Shown here one piece after another: positions 1 to 9,145 of a stretch of DNA of 64,000 nucleotides. The notes below the pieces were generated by a model that was given only the letters and a program-made list of their open reading frames with translations, ran no database searches and was not told the DNA's origin. Both the position numbers and the translations under genes were made by a program. Position 1 is the stretch's first letter. Each line of letters starts with the position of its first letter. The DNA comes from an uncultured delta proteobacterium (GTDB lineage: Bacteria; Desulfobacterota; Binatia; Binatales; Binataceae). Location of the stretch: NCBI GenBank assembly GCA_963743865.1, contig CAVURG010000006.1, positions 163,188 through 227,187 on the forward strand, written 5' to 3'.

Positions 1-691
1 GCGCGAGGTCGGACAACTTCTCGATCGGATCGATCAGCCCGTGCGGATAATTGGCGGCCGAGCCCGCGATCGCGATGGTGTTGGGGCCGATCGCGAGCCG
101 CATCGCGTTCACGTCGGCCAAGTAATCGGCTCCGACCGGCACGCGAATCAGCTTGATGCCGAAAAAGTGCGCGCCCTTGGAAAATGCCGGATGAATTGTC
201 TCCGGCACCACCATCTCGGGCGCCGTAATTGCGCGCTCGGCTTTGGCTTTCTCCCGATACGCCAGCATCGGCAGAATGATGCTCTCGGTGCCGCCCGAAG
301 TGATCGCTCCGCATACCTCGGCCTGCGGGTCTTTCTCGCGCGCCAGTTCCGCGCCCAGCATCCGCGCCGTCATCGCGATTATCTCGCCCTCGAATTTGGT
401 GCCGCTCGGGCACATGTCGCGCTGCAGGAGATTGACGTGCGAGAAGAGCGCGAACACGCGGTTGAGGTAAGCGTAGTGCTCCATCCCGCCGTGGTAGTAG
501 GTGCCCGAGATCTGGCCGGTCTGCCAGCGCGCGTTTTCCTTGCGCGCGATGCTGCGCAACTCGCCCATGACCTCCTCGGGCTGGCGGCTCTTCGTCGGCA
601 GCTCGTGGTAGGTTTCGAAGGTTTCGCGATACGGGAACATATCTCCGAAAGGTCCGGAGGGCGCTGGCTGTTTCTTTGCTGCCTTGGGCAT
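1..691 (-). CDS. PLP-dependent decarboxylase / sphingosine-1-phosphate lyase-like protein (N-terminal part; runs off the window edge)
   Basis: Manual minus-strand translation from ATG at 691: MPKAAKKQ...W(Q)TGQISGTYYHGG...CPSGTKFEGEIIAMTARML...GAITSGGTESIILPMLAYRE...IHPAFSKGAHFFGI...SAANYPHGLIDPIEKL. These are group II decarboxylase / S1P-lyase motifs. Absent from the ORF track because its stop lies outside the window. Confidence 0.8.
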   Translation of the reverse strand, partial: MPKAAKKQPAPSGPFGDMFPYRETFETYHELPTKSRQPEEVMGELRSIARKENARWQTGQISGTYYHGGMEHYAYLNRVFALFSHVNLLQRDMCPSGTKFEGEIIAMTARMLGAELAREKDPQAEVCGAITSGGTESIILPMLAYREKAKAERAITAPEMVVPETIHPAFSKGAHFFGIKLIRVPVGADYLADVNAMRLAIGPNTIAIAGSAANYPHGLIDPIEKLSDLA

Positions 692-807
692 GGAACGACT
701 CCTTGGGGATTGCGGCGCCCGGATAATCCGGCGCGGGGGCCAAATATAACCTATTGTCCGGCGCTTTCCGAATTCGCCGGACGGGCCATGTGCACCAAGG
801 GCATTTC

Positions 808-836
808 TTGACAAATGTAAATTGTCATTTTACAAT
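808..836 (+). promoter_or_regulatory. sigma70 promoter of higBA with overlapping operator palindromes
   Basis: TTGACA (808-813), 17 bp spacer, TACAAT (831-836). Inverted repeats TGACAA-N7-TTGTCA (809-827) and TGTAAA-N7-TTTACA (816-834). Confidence 0.8.
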
Positions 837-842
837 CGGCAG

Positions 843-1121
843 GTGATAATGGGCTTCCGCCACCGTGGGCTGAGGCGGCTCTACGAAAAGGACGACCCCG
901 CCAGGGTTCCGGCCCGGGACTTAAACCGCATCCGCCTCATCCTCGCTGCGCTTGATGCGGCGCAGAGCGCAAAGGACGTGGACATCCATGCGTTCCATCT
1001 CCACCCGCTCAAGGGTGACCTGAAAGGCTTCTGGGCCATTACCGTGCGGGCCAACTGGCGGATTATTTTTCGCTTCGATAGAGGCAGCGTTTGCGAGGTC
1101 GATCTCGTGGACTATCACTGA
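843..1121 (+). CDS. higB: HigB toxin (RelE/ParE-family, plasmid maintenance killer type)
   Basis: MIMGFRHRGLRRLYEKDD...FHLHPLKGDLKGFWAITVRANWRIIFRF...VDLVDYH. Toxin gene lies upstream of the antitoxin. Start is GTG 843 or ATG 849. Confidence 0.93.
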   Translation: MIMGFRHRGLRRLYEKDDPARVPARDLNRIRLILAALDAAQSAKDVDIHAFHLHPLKGDLKGFWAITVRANWRIIFRFDRGSVCEVDLVDYH

Positions 1122-1140
1122 AAGACAGGAGTGCCAGACC

Positions 1141-1431
1141 ATGCCAATGAAGAATCCGCCCCATCCCGGAGAGCTGATACGGGAAAATCTTAAGGACCTC
1201 GGCCTGTCGGTGGCCGAAGCCGCCGCGGGACTCGGCGTAACGCGCCAGCAGCTCTACAACCTCATCAACGGCAAGAGCGGGATAACGCCAGAAATGGCAC
1301 TGCGCCTAGAAAAGGCTTTCGGCGGCTCCGCCGATATCTGGCTTCGGATGCAAGTCAATTACGACCTCGCCCAAGTCCGCCGGCGCGCCTCGGAAATCAT
1401 CGTCGAACGGCTTAGCCCGAGGCTGGCGTAA
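1141..1431 (+). CDS. higA: HigA antitoxin (Xre HTH)
   Basis: MPMKNPPHPGELIRE...AAAGLGVTRQQLYNLINGKSGITPEMALRLEKAFGGSADIWLRMQVNYDL, typical HigA. Confidence 0.93.
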   Translation: MPMKNPPHPGELIRENLKDLGLSVAEAAAGLGVTRQQLYNLINGKSGITPEMALRLEKAFGGSADIWLRMQVNYDLAQVRRRASEIIVERLSPRLA

Positions 1432-1567
1432 ATCGCTCCTCGATTCAGAACAACCTGTCGGGTTCCAGTTCCCAAGCATCCCGCCGCGGACCTCTCGTTC
1501 GTCGCACCGGCAGCGGAACTAAAGCAAGCCAACCGGGTTGAGGCGCCGGTAGATCGCGCGGTTGCGC

Positions 1568-3104
1568 TTATACGAACTCGAGGAACTCGCGGAACTGCCG
1601 ATCGTACAGGCGCCGGTTGGTCTCGATCGGCCGATACTCGGCGGCGATCTTCACCCGCGCTGAGATTTCTTCGACTGCGATCTCGCCGAGTGCGGTAAAC
1701 GCCGCCATCGCGGCGCCCACCGCGTTGGCATTGCGCGGGTTGGCGACCTGCCGCACCGTGCAGCCGAGCACGTCGGCCTGGATCTGGCACCACAGATCGG
1801 AGCTCGCGCCGCCGCCGATGAAATTAAGCTGCTCGAACGGCCGCCCGATGAACTTCTCGACGTGACCCTTGAGCCATCGCAGGTTGTAGGCGACCCCTTC
1901 CATCACTGCGCGCACGTAATGGCCGCGGCCGGTGCGCGCGTTCTGGTTGAAGAAGGCGCTGCGCGTCGATGCGTCCTCGTGCGGCGCGAGCACGCCGTTG
2001 ATCCACGGCGTGAAGATCAATCCGTCGCTCCCCGGCGCAACCTCCGCGGCGAGCCGGTTCATATCGCCGTAAACGTCGATGGGAGAATTCGCGCCGTCGG
2101 CGGGATACAGGATGTCTTTCAGGAACTCGAGACTGCGTCCCGCCGCGCCCTGCTCCGCACTGACCATGTAACGGCCCGGCAGCGCGGCCGGCATCGCGCT
2201 CAGCATGTGCAGCGGGTCGGTCTTCTTTGCCGGCACGTGGCAGCTCATCCACGCCGTCGTGCCGATATAGAAGTAGCCCTCGTAGTTGCGCCACCGCGCC
2301 CGCGCCCAAGGTCGCCGCATGGCCGTCGCACGAGCCCATCACGACGCGAGTGGATGGCGCCAGACCCAGATCCGCCGCGACTTCGGGCTTGATAGTGCCG
2401 AGCACGGCGTCAACCGGCCGCAAGTCCGGCAACTTGGCGCGATCGACGCCGGCCATCGCAAGCAGCTCAGGCACGTAGTCAATCCTGTTGGGGTTGCGAT
2501 TATCGGTCAGCCAGTACGTGAACATCGTCGCGTACGAGGCCGCGAACTGTCCGGTGAGCCGCAGATTGAGGTAATCCATCGGCTCGAGAAACTTGAAGGT
2601 CCGCGCATATACCTCGGGGCGCTCATGCTTGATGAACAGGATATGCCCCAAGCCATCGACGCCCGATTGAACCGGCGCGCCGCCCGTGAAGCGCAGCCAC
2701 TTGAGCAGCTTGAACAAGCCGTAGCCCTGCACTCGCGGCCATCCGCCGGCGACCGCGCGATTGTATTTCGCGCCGCGGGTGTCCATCCATGAGATCGCAT
2801 TGCCGATTGCGGCGCCGTCCTCGTCAACGGCCACCGTGACGGCCCACAGCGTGGTGCATACGACGGCGATGATTTGCGCCGCGGGCACGCGCGAAGCCGC
2901 GATCGCCTCCTTCGCTGCATCGCACACCGCCCGCCACCATTCCTCGGGATCCTGCTCGACCGCGCCTCCCGCCATGATCATGGTGGTCGTGTGGCGCAAT
3001 GCCGACGCGACGACCTCGCCCGCGCTCGAGACGACGGCGGCCTTGGTGCTGCCGGAGCCCATGTCGATGGCGAGTACGTATTTCAGCGCGGTGGAGGAGG
3101 GCAT
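1568..3104 (-). CDS. FGGY-family carbohydrate kinase (xylulokinase-like), one frameshift near 2292
   Basis: ORF 1824..3104 gives the N-domain (LAIDMGSGSTKAAVV, VEQDPEEWW, ISWMDTRG). ORF 1568..2320 gives the C-domain (GLIFTPWING, RAVMEGVAY, GGGASSDLWCQIQADVLG). Removing 1 bp restores GAGAVRNYEGYFYIGT. Confidence 0.85.
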
Positions 3105-3295
3105 CTGTGTGAGTTCCGCTCGCGGTTGATTTACCTGATGCGTCGGGCGAGTTTGATGCGCCGCGCGAGTTCCTCAGAATGACCGCATCACGAAAAATAA
3201 TCCAGCAGTTTGAAACTCTTCGAGGAGAGCGCAACGGTATCGGAGGTTCGCCCCTGCGCTTGCGCCGCGATGCGATGGCGGTGTAAGCGAAGCCG

Positions 3296-4588
3296 ATGGC
3301 CAAAGCCGATTCCATTGTCACCTTGGGCGTCGATGCGGCTCGGGCGCGTCGTCCCGCGATCATCGATCGTTTCGCGCGCAGCGCGGTTCTAAGCCGTCTG
3401 GCGGGAATCAAAAACGGCCGCATCGTGATCGAGGATGGCGACGAGCGCATCCCATTCGGCCAGGACATCGAGGACGCCGATTTGCGCGCCACCATCCGGG
3501 TCAAGGACCGCCGCTTCTATTCCGACATCGCGCTTGCGGGCAGCATCGGCGCCGGCGAAGCATACATGGCCGACTCGTGGACGACCGATAATCTGACCGC
3601 GCTCGCGCAAATCATGATCCGCAACCGCGAAGTGATGGAGGGCATGGACGGCGGCCTGGTGCGGCTGGCCAATCCCTTACGCCGCTTCATCCACTACCTC
3701 AATCGCAACACCAAAACCGGCAGCCGGCGCAACATCGCGGCCCATTACGACCTCGGCAACGATTTCTTTGAGCTGACTCTGGATCGCACGCTGATGTACT
3801 CGTGCGCGATCTTCGAGCGCCCCGACGCCACGCTGGAGGCGGCCGCGACCGCCAAGGTCGATCGCATCTGCCGCAAGCTCGATCTTCGGGCCCGCGATCA
3901 CCTCGTGGAGATCGGCACGGGATGGGGCGGGTTTGCGATTCACGCGGCCAAGAACTACGGATGCCGCGTCACGACCGCCACGATTTCGCGCGCGCAGCAC
4001 GACTACGCCGTCAAAAAAATCGCCGCCGAGGGCCTGTCGGAGCGCATCACCGTGCTGCTCAAGGATTACCGCGACCTCAGCGGCCAGTTCGACAAGGCCG
4101 TCTCGATCGAGATGATCGAAGCGGTCGGGCATCAGTTCGTCGATGCGTATTTCCGCAAATGCGGCGAGCTGTTGAAGCCCGACGGCATGATGCTGTTGCA
4201 GGCGATTACGATCACCGACCGCGAGTATGCGGGCGCGCTCAAGCGCGTCGATTTCATCAAGAAGTACATCTTCCCGGGCAGCTTCCTTCCGTCGGTCACG
4301 GCGCTGTGCGATTCGATCACGCGCGCGAGCGATCTGCGGCTGTTCCATCTCGAAGATCTCACGCCCAATTACGCCGAGACCCTGAAGAACTGGCGAATCC
4401 GGATGTTCGACAACATCGAACGCGTGCGCGCGCTCGGTTATCCGGAAGAATTCATCCGGATGTGGGAGTTCTACCTCCGCTACTGCGAGGCAGGCTTTCG
4501 CGAGCGTTACATCGGCGACGTGCAGATGATCCTGACCAAGCCCGATTCGCGACGCGCCCCAATTCTTCCAATTTTGCCCCGGCTGTAA
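3296..4588 (+). CDS. cfa: cyclopropane-fatty-acyl-phospholipid synthase family SAM methyltransferase
   Basis: NIAAHYDLGNDFF, MYSCAIF, LVEIGTGWGG, SIEMIEAVGH, FIKKYIFPGSFLP, RMWEFYL..CEAGF. Confidence 0.9.
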   Translation: MAKADSIVTLGVDAARARRPAIIDRFARSAVLSRLAGIKNGRIVIEDGDERIPFGQDIEDADLRATIRVKDRRFYSDIALAGSIGAGEAYMADSWTTDNLTALAQIMIRNREVMEGMDGGLVRLANPLRRFIHYLNRNTKTGSRRNIAAHYDLGNDFFELTLDRTLMYSCAIFERPDATLEAAATAKVDRICRKLDLRARDHLVEIGTGWGGFAIHAAKNYGCRVTTATISRAQHDYAVKKIAAEGLSERITVLLKDYRDLSGQFDKAVSIEMIEAVGHQFVDAYFRKCGELLKPDGMMLLQAITITDREYAGALKRVDFIKKYIFPGSFLPSVTALCDSITRASDLRLFHLEDLTPNYAETLKNWRIRMFDNIERVRALGYPEEFIRMWEFYLRYCEAGFRERYIGDVQMILTKPDSRRAPILPILPRL

Positions 4589-5039
4589 CCGCCTTCCCAC
4601 CCCCGTCAGCGTCAATAGCCGACGCTCCGCGTCGTTGTGGCAGCATCACGAGTTAGCACCGCTTCGGTTCCAAGATCGCCTGTTTTCAGCAATCATCTTG
4701 ACAAGCAAAACGACGCCAGCGCCAATTCCTATGTACACGATGAGGTTCCAAAGCTCCACGACGATCAACTCGTCACGGTATTGAGGAAACTTTTTCATTC
4801 TGGCGACGCCGACGCCTTCGACAGAGATCGCAATCAAGGCGTATGAAAGAAATGGTAGCGCGATGCAGGTAATAATTAGCTACCATCGTTGCCAGCGAGC
4901 AAGCGCCGGCCAGCCATGCGTCACGATAAACAGAACTATGGCCGCAATCGCGAGAAGCCAACCATAAAAGAAAAACGCATCTAAATCCGTGGCCTTTGTC
5001 CCTTGCAACAGGACCCTGGGACCGCCTTTGGATTGCTCG

Positions 5040-5447
5040 CTACCGGAGACCGACTTTGTGGCGGTGAAGAAGTATCGCCGTGCCCCAGCTGAAAGCGAAA
5101 GCAAAAATGACATAGACAATGTCGAAGATCATCTCGCTCTGCGAAGCTGGCGGTGGATTCCTCGCCGAAAAAAGCACCAGGTTGAGCGTGACGTAGATCG
5201 CATATGCGTAGCCGAGGTACATCGCATAGCGGCGCATCCGCCAGATCCCGGCCGCATAAATCAACAGAACAATTCCCAGCAGAGGCCCAAGGATCGCATC
5301 CGGTGTGCCGCTGAGCCGTTGGCCAAAAAAGACCAGGCCCGTGGTCGGACCCTCGAGATGAAGCGGCTTCAGGATGTCGGTTGATGCGAGAATTGCGAAC
5401 AGGACCGCCAAGGTTGTCAGCATTCCGCCACGCCTGGAATCAGCCAT
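5040..5447 (-). CDS. small integral membrane protein (~4 TM), unknown function
   Basis: GGAGG RBS before ATG 5447; four hydrophobic segments. Confidence 0.65.
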   Translation of the reverse strand: MADSRRGGMLTTLAVLFAILASTDILKPLHLEGPTTGLVFFGQRLSGTPDAILGPLLGIVLLIYAAGIWRMRRYAMYLGYAYAIYVTLNLVLFSARNPPPASQSEMIFDIVYVIFAFAFSWGTAILLHRHKVGLR

Positions 5448-5498
5448 CGCATGATCCTCCGCGGGTATCGATCTAATGGTCAAAAAGGGAAATTCCGG

Positions 5499-5996
5499 TT
5501 AATCTCCCTCGAACTCCCGACCTTTAACGAAGATTGCCGACTGGTCGCCAAAGTAAACTAGCCTCTCTTCCTGCCAGAAGCGGAACTCGTAGCGCAGCAC
5601 AACCCGCTTCGGCCCTTCGCGGGCCTTTGTCTCTTTGGAATGGAGCCGGAGTGGCGGTCCAATGGTTACCAGACTTCGGAAATCAGCACGATGGATGCGG
5701 TTGCCGAACCCGACCCATCCCTCCTCCCAACGACAGCCGTGCAGGAAGTAGGCGTGAAGGCAGCCGAGGTTGCCGGTCAGCAGTACCAGGTCGGGCCCCG
5801 ATACGTGCCGAGGATGGGTGCCGGGATCGCCCACTTGATACCGCGCGACGGGCAGCGGGCGCGTCGTGTCCATACGCGCCTCGATCTCTCGCTGCGCGAG
5901 GTCGACACACAGAACCTCGTCAACCAGGAATGCCTCGCTCGAATATGGAAACGTCGAGACGAAGCGCTCGAGCTCAAGCTTCGAAGGTGTGCTCAC
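5499..5996 (-). CDS. hotdog-fold protein (FabA/FabZ-like dehydratase family)
   Basis: FPYSSEAFLVDEV (cf. FabZ P.RYPFLLVDRV), IHRADFRSLVTIG, LRYEFRFWQEERLVYFG: hotdog topology. Confidence 0.6.
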   Translation of the reverse strand: MSTPSKLELERFVSTFPYSSEAFLVDEVLCVDLAQREIEARMDTTRPLPVARYQVGDPGTHPRHVSGPDLVLLTGNLGCLHAYFLHGCRWEEGWVGFGNRIHRADFRSLVTIGPPLRLHSKETKAREGPKRVVLRYEFRFWQEERLVYFGDQSAIFVKGREFEGD

Positions 5997-6266
5997 GGCA
6001 GCAGATCATTCCAAGCGTGATGAGAAATGACAAGCGGCGGACCAGACGGAACTTCGCGGGGGGGCGCCGTCCTAATTCGGGGATTGCCTCTTTCCCCCGG
6101 TCTTGACCGAATTGGGAGCACGGAAGCGCCGCTTTCAAGGGCTTCGAACTACCTTTACCCGGAATTTCTTTTTTGACTTTGCAAACACCCGATTCGTACT
6201 CGCGCACCCTCCTGTTAAAACCGGTTGGGGTTGGAGCCGGGTCCACTCTTCGAACAGCTGTCCCGC

Positions 6267-6302
6267 TTGACAACAGCGATAACCAGATGATAATGATTAT
6301 CA
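6267..6302 (+). promoter_or_regulatory. sigma70 promoter overlapped by a perfect 7-1-7 Fur box
   Basis: TTGACA 6267-6272, 16 bp spacer, GATAAT 6289-6294. TGATAAT-G-ATTATCA at 6288-6302, immediately upstream of a Fur-family gene. Confidence 0.85.
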
Positions 6303-6310
6303 CCTAGGTG

Positions 6311-6814
6311 ATGCAACTACAGCTGGTAAACGAACGGCGGCGCGGCCCTTACGCCGCCAAGCGCCTGTCCGAGTTCGCCGCGCGATGCCGGCGCGGCGGC
6401 CTGGCGGTCACGCCGCAGCGCCTGGCGATCATCAAGGCCCTGCTCGGCTCGGGCGAGCATCCGCGCGCCGACGCGATCTTTGCCGCAGTCCGAATGCAGC
6501 ATCCCCATATTTCGCTCGCCACGGTGCATCGCACGCTGGAAACGCTGTGCGACATCGGCGAGGCGCGCAAGGTTACGATGCTGCACGACAGCGCGCGCTA
6601 CGACGGGAATATCACCCCGCATCATCATGTGGTATGCGTGAAATGCCGGCGTATCCGCGATATCGAGATTCCCCGCCTTGACCGCCTGCTCGCCGGACAG
6701 TCGGAACTGGGCGAGTTCACGGTGCTCGGCTCGTCGCTGGAGATTCACGCACTGTGCGAGGATTGCGGGGCCAAGCGGGCCAGCGCGAATCGGACAAGGA
6801 AGCCGCGCCGTTGA
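6311..6814 (+). CDS. Fur-family regulator, PerR-like
   Basis: TPQRLAI, HPRADAIF, ISLATVHRTLETL, RYDGNITPHHHVVCVKC and C-terminal CEDC. Adjacent to rubrerythrin. Start is GTG 6308 or ATG 6311. Confidence 0.9.
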   Translation: MQLQLVNERRRGPYAAKRLSEFAARCRRGGLAVTPQRLAIIKALLGSGEHPRADAIFAAVRMQHPHISLATVHRTLETLCDIGEARKVTMLHDSARYDGNITPHHHVVCVKCRRIRDIEIPRLDRLLAGQSELGEFTVLGSSLEIHALCEDCGAKRASANRTRKPRR

Positions 6815-6870
6815 TTTTTTAAGTGCGCTCGATCAAACCAAACTGGAGTTAGAACCAGGAGAAACAAAAA

Positions 6871-7287
6871 ATGGCAAATCTCAAAGGAACCAAAACCCAT
6901 CAGAATCTCAAGGATGCGTTCGCAGGCGAGAGCCAGGCCAATCGCCGCTATCTCTATTTCGCCAAGATCGCCGACGTCGAAGGCCAGCCGGAAATCGCGG
7001 GCCTGTTTCGCGATACGGCCGAAGGCGAGACCGGGCACGCCCACGGCCATCTCGATTATCTGAAATCGGTTGGCGATCCGGCGACCGGCATGCCGATCGG
7101 CGATTCGATGACGAACCTTAAGTCCGCGGTTCATGGCGAGACTCACGAGTACACCGACATGTACCCGGGGATGGCGAAGACGGCGCGCGAAGAGGGCTTC
7201 GCGGAAATTGCCGATTGGTTCGAAACTCTCGCCAAGGCCGAAAAGTCCCACGCAGGACGCTTCGCCAAGGCGCAGGGCACGCTCTAA
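6871..7287 (+). CDS. rbr: rubrerythrin (short form, no rubredoxin domain)
   Basis: [19 protein letters not shown]...[10 protein letters not shown]...[37 protein letters not shown] di-iron motifs. Confidence 0.95.
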   Translation: MANLKGTKTHQNLKDAFAGESQANRRYLYFAKIADVEGQPEIAGLFRDTAEGETGHAHGHLDYLKSVGDPATGMPIGDSMTNLKSAVHGETHEYTDMYPGMAKTAREEGFAEIADWFETLAKAEKSHAGRFAKAQGTL

Positions 7288-7307
7288 CAGGCATCGCAAA
7301 CACCGCC

Positions 7308-7338
7308 AGCGGGCGGGCCTCCGAGAAGCCCGCCCGCT
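7308..7338 (+). terminator. GC-rich hairpin after rbr (weak U-tract; partial terminator or mRNA-stabilising hairpin)
   Basis: AGCGGGCGGGC-ctccgagaa-GCCCGCCCGCT, 11-bp perfect stem followed by ATTTC. Confidence 0.55.
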
Positions 7339-7440
7339 ATTTCAACGGCGACGCCGCGCCGGACTGCGGTACGCGCGGTATCACGCCAGGCGCGCACGCA
7401 CGCGCCCATATCGAAAAGTCCGCAGCCAGGATTTTTCCCG

Positions 7441-8742
7441 ATGGCCAACCGAATCGAGGCCAGGCCGAGCGACGGCCTTTCCTACAATTCCACAGAGGCG
7501 AAGTACTGGGACCGCGCCGGACTCGACAAGGAAGTCGAGCGGGTGTTCGACATCTGTCACACCTGCCGTCTGTGCTTCAATCTTTGCCCGTCGTTCCCGG
7601 CGCTGTTCGACGCGACCGATCGCAACGACGGCGACGTGAGAGGGCTGACGGCGGCCGAGAAAGAGCGCGTGATCGAGCTCTGCTACGGATGCAAACTGTG
7701 CGAGATCAAATGTCCCTACACGCCGCGCGACGGTCACGAGTTCCAGCTCGATTTCCCGCGCCTCATCCTGCGAGCCAAGGCGGTGAGCGCGAAGGAAGAC
7801 GGGGTCAAGCTGCGCGAGCGGATGCTGGCCCGTCCCGATCAACTCGGCAAGGCGGGGGCGATGGCGCCGGCGCTGGCAAACTGGGGATGCCATCAAAAGT
7901 TCCAACGCGTGATGATGGAGAAGCTGCTCGGGATCGATCGCGGCAAGCTGCTTCCCGACTTCGCCGCCGAGACTTTCGACCAGTGGCTCAGGCGCACCGG
8001 GCTGCCCGCAATGCCGGCCGAGCCGACCGCGAAGGTCGCGATTTTCCCGACCTGTTTTGTCAATTACTACAACCCCGGGCCGGGCAAGGCCGCGGTCGAG
8101 GTCTTTGCGAAAAACGGATGCGCGGTGAAATGCCCGAAGCAGAACTGCTGCGGGATGCCCGCGCTCGACGGCGGCGACGTCGAGTTCGCGCGCAGGGAAG
8201 CGCGGGCGAATATCGATTCGATGCTGCCGCTGGTGCGCGAGGGCTACAAAATCGCCGCGATCAATCCGACCTGCTCGCTGATGATGCGCGCTGAGTATCC
8301 GAACCTGCTGGCCGGCGGCGAGGTCAGGGAGTTCGCGGCGGCGGTCGTCGATTCGCACGAGCTGCTCTACGAACTTCGCCGCGCCGGCAAGTTCAACAAG
8401 GAATTTCTGTCCACGCCCGGCACTATCGCGTACCACGTTCCGTGCCATCTCAAGGCGCAGGGCATCGGGCTGCGCTCGCGCGACCTGATGCGCCAGATTC
8501 CGGGCGTCGAAGTGACGACGGTCGATGCATGCACGGCGCATGACGGAACGTGGGCGATGAAAAAGGAGTTCTTCGCGCTCTCGATGAAGTGGGGCGAGAA
8601 GGCTTTCGCCGGGATGCGCGAAGCGGGAGCACGGGTGATGGCGACAGACTGTCCGCTGGCGGCGGTGCAAATCGAGCAGGCGACGGGAGTGCGTCCGCTT
8701 CATCCGCTGGAGGTGCTAGCGCGCGCGTACCAGCAGGGGTAA
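7441..8742 (+). CDS. Fe-S oxidoreductase (GlpC/HdrD-like: 4Fe-4S plus two CCG domains)
   Basis: CHTCRLCFNLCP, CYGCKLCEIKCP, QNCCGMP, NPTCSLM, YHVPCH, CTAHDG, DCPLA. Confidence 0.9.
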   Translation: MANRIEARPSDGLSYNSTEAKYWDRAGLDKEVERVFDICHTCRLCFNLCPSFPALFDATDRNDGDVRGLTAAEKERVIELCYGCKLCEIKCPYTPRDGHEFQLDFPRLILRAKAVSAKEDGVKLRERMLARPDQLGKAGAMAPALANWGCHQKFQRVMMEKLLGIDRGKLLPDFAAETFDQWLRRTGLPAMPAEPTAKVAIFPTCFVNYYNPGPGKAAVEVFAKNGCAVKCPKQNCCGMPALDGGDVEFARREARANIDSMLPLVREGYKIAAINPTCSLMMRAEYPNLLAGGEVREFAAAVVDSHELLYELRRAGKFNKEFLSTPGTIAYHVPCHLKAQGIGLRSRDLMRQIPGVEVTTVDACTAHDGTWAMKKEFFALSMKWGEKAFAGMREAGARVMATDCPLAAVQIEQATGVRPLHPLEVLARAYQQG

Positions 8743-8780
8743 CGATACGCCGGAGCGTATGACGGGAGAACTTGATTATA

Positions 8781-9073
8781 TGCGGAACCCGCCTGGGTTC
8801 CGCACCTCCTTGGGCAGGGGCTGCGGCCCCTGCACCCGCAGTGAGAAGACGCGAAAATCTGCGCAACGCATCTTTTCGCGACTACGCAATGGAACAGCCC
8901 GCGCGGCTGGGGACGCCGGCGAGCGGTTTCTTAATACTGCGCTGCCGTCGCCACGGCCAGGGGTGCCCCCCTGCGCCCGCAGTGAGAAGACGCGAAAATC
9001 TGCGCAGCGCATCTTTTCGCGACTACGCGATGGAAGAGCCATCGGACAGGGGAGGCCAGTATTAAGACCCGCT
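8781..9073. repeat. modular intergenic repeat (REP/MITE-like)
   Basis: 60-bp direct repeat at 8835-8894 and 8976-9035 (2 mismatches), each preceded by a (G/C)CAGGGG..CCCCTGC hairpin. 10-bp inverted pair CTTAATACTG (8930-8939) / CAGTATTAAG (9057-9066). 8930-8962 is identical to 59913-59945. Confidence 0.85.
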
Positions 9074-9145
9074 AACAGGGAGAGGGAAAATAGAGGTGCA
9101 GACCGAGCAGCTGACGCAAAGCTCTGCCTGAAAGGAGAATGACGA

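Noticed and set aside
41-811. Long ORFs antisense to real genes (also 3677..4615, 7381..8703, 16311..17645, 21037..22386, 23270..24475, 36472..37626 and many others)
   Set aside because: Shadow ORFs expected from high-GC codon bias; no recognisable motifs, and they overlap well-supported genes.
8835-9035. Possible CRISPR array
   Set aside because: Only two 60-bp units, too long for CRISPR repeats, and no cas genes.
9113-9122. GACGCAAAGC resembling part of the c-di-GMP-I riboswitch before DUF3501
   Set aside because: The upstream GGCAAA/GNRA hairpin and downstream pairing are not recognisable; an Infernal scan would settle it.
8759-9142. ORFs spanning the intergenic repeat (8759..9142, 8772..9065, 8776..9042)
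   Set aside because: They only translate the repeat units; no protein-family signal.
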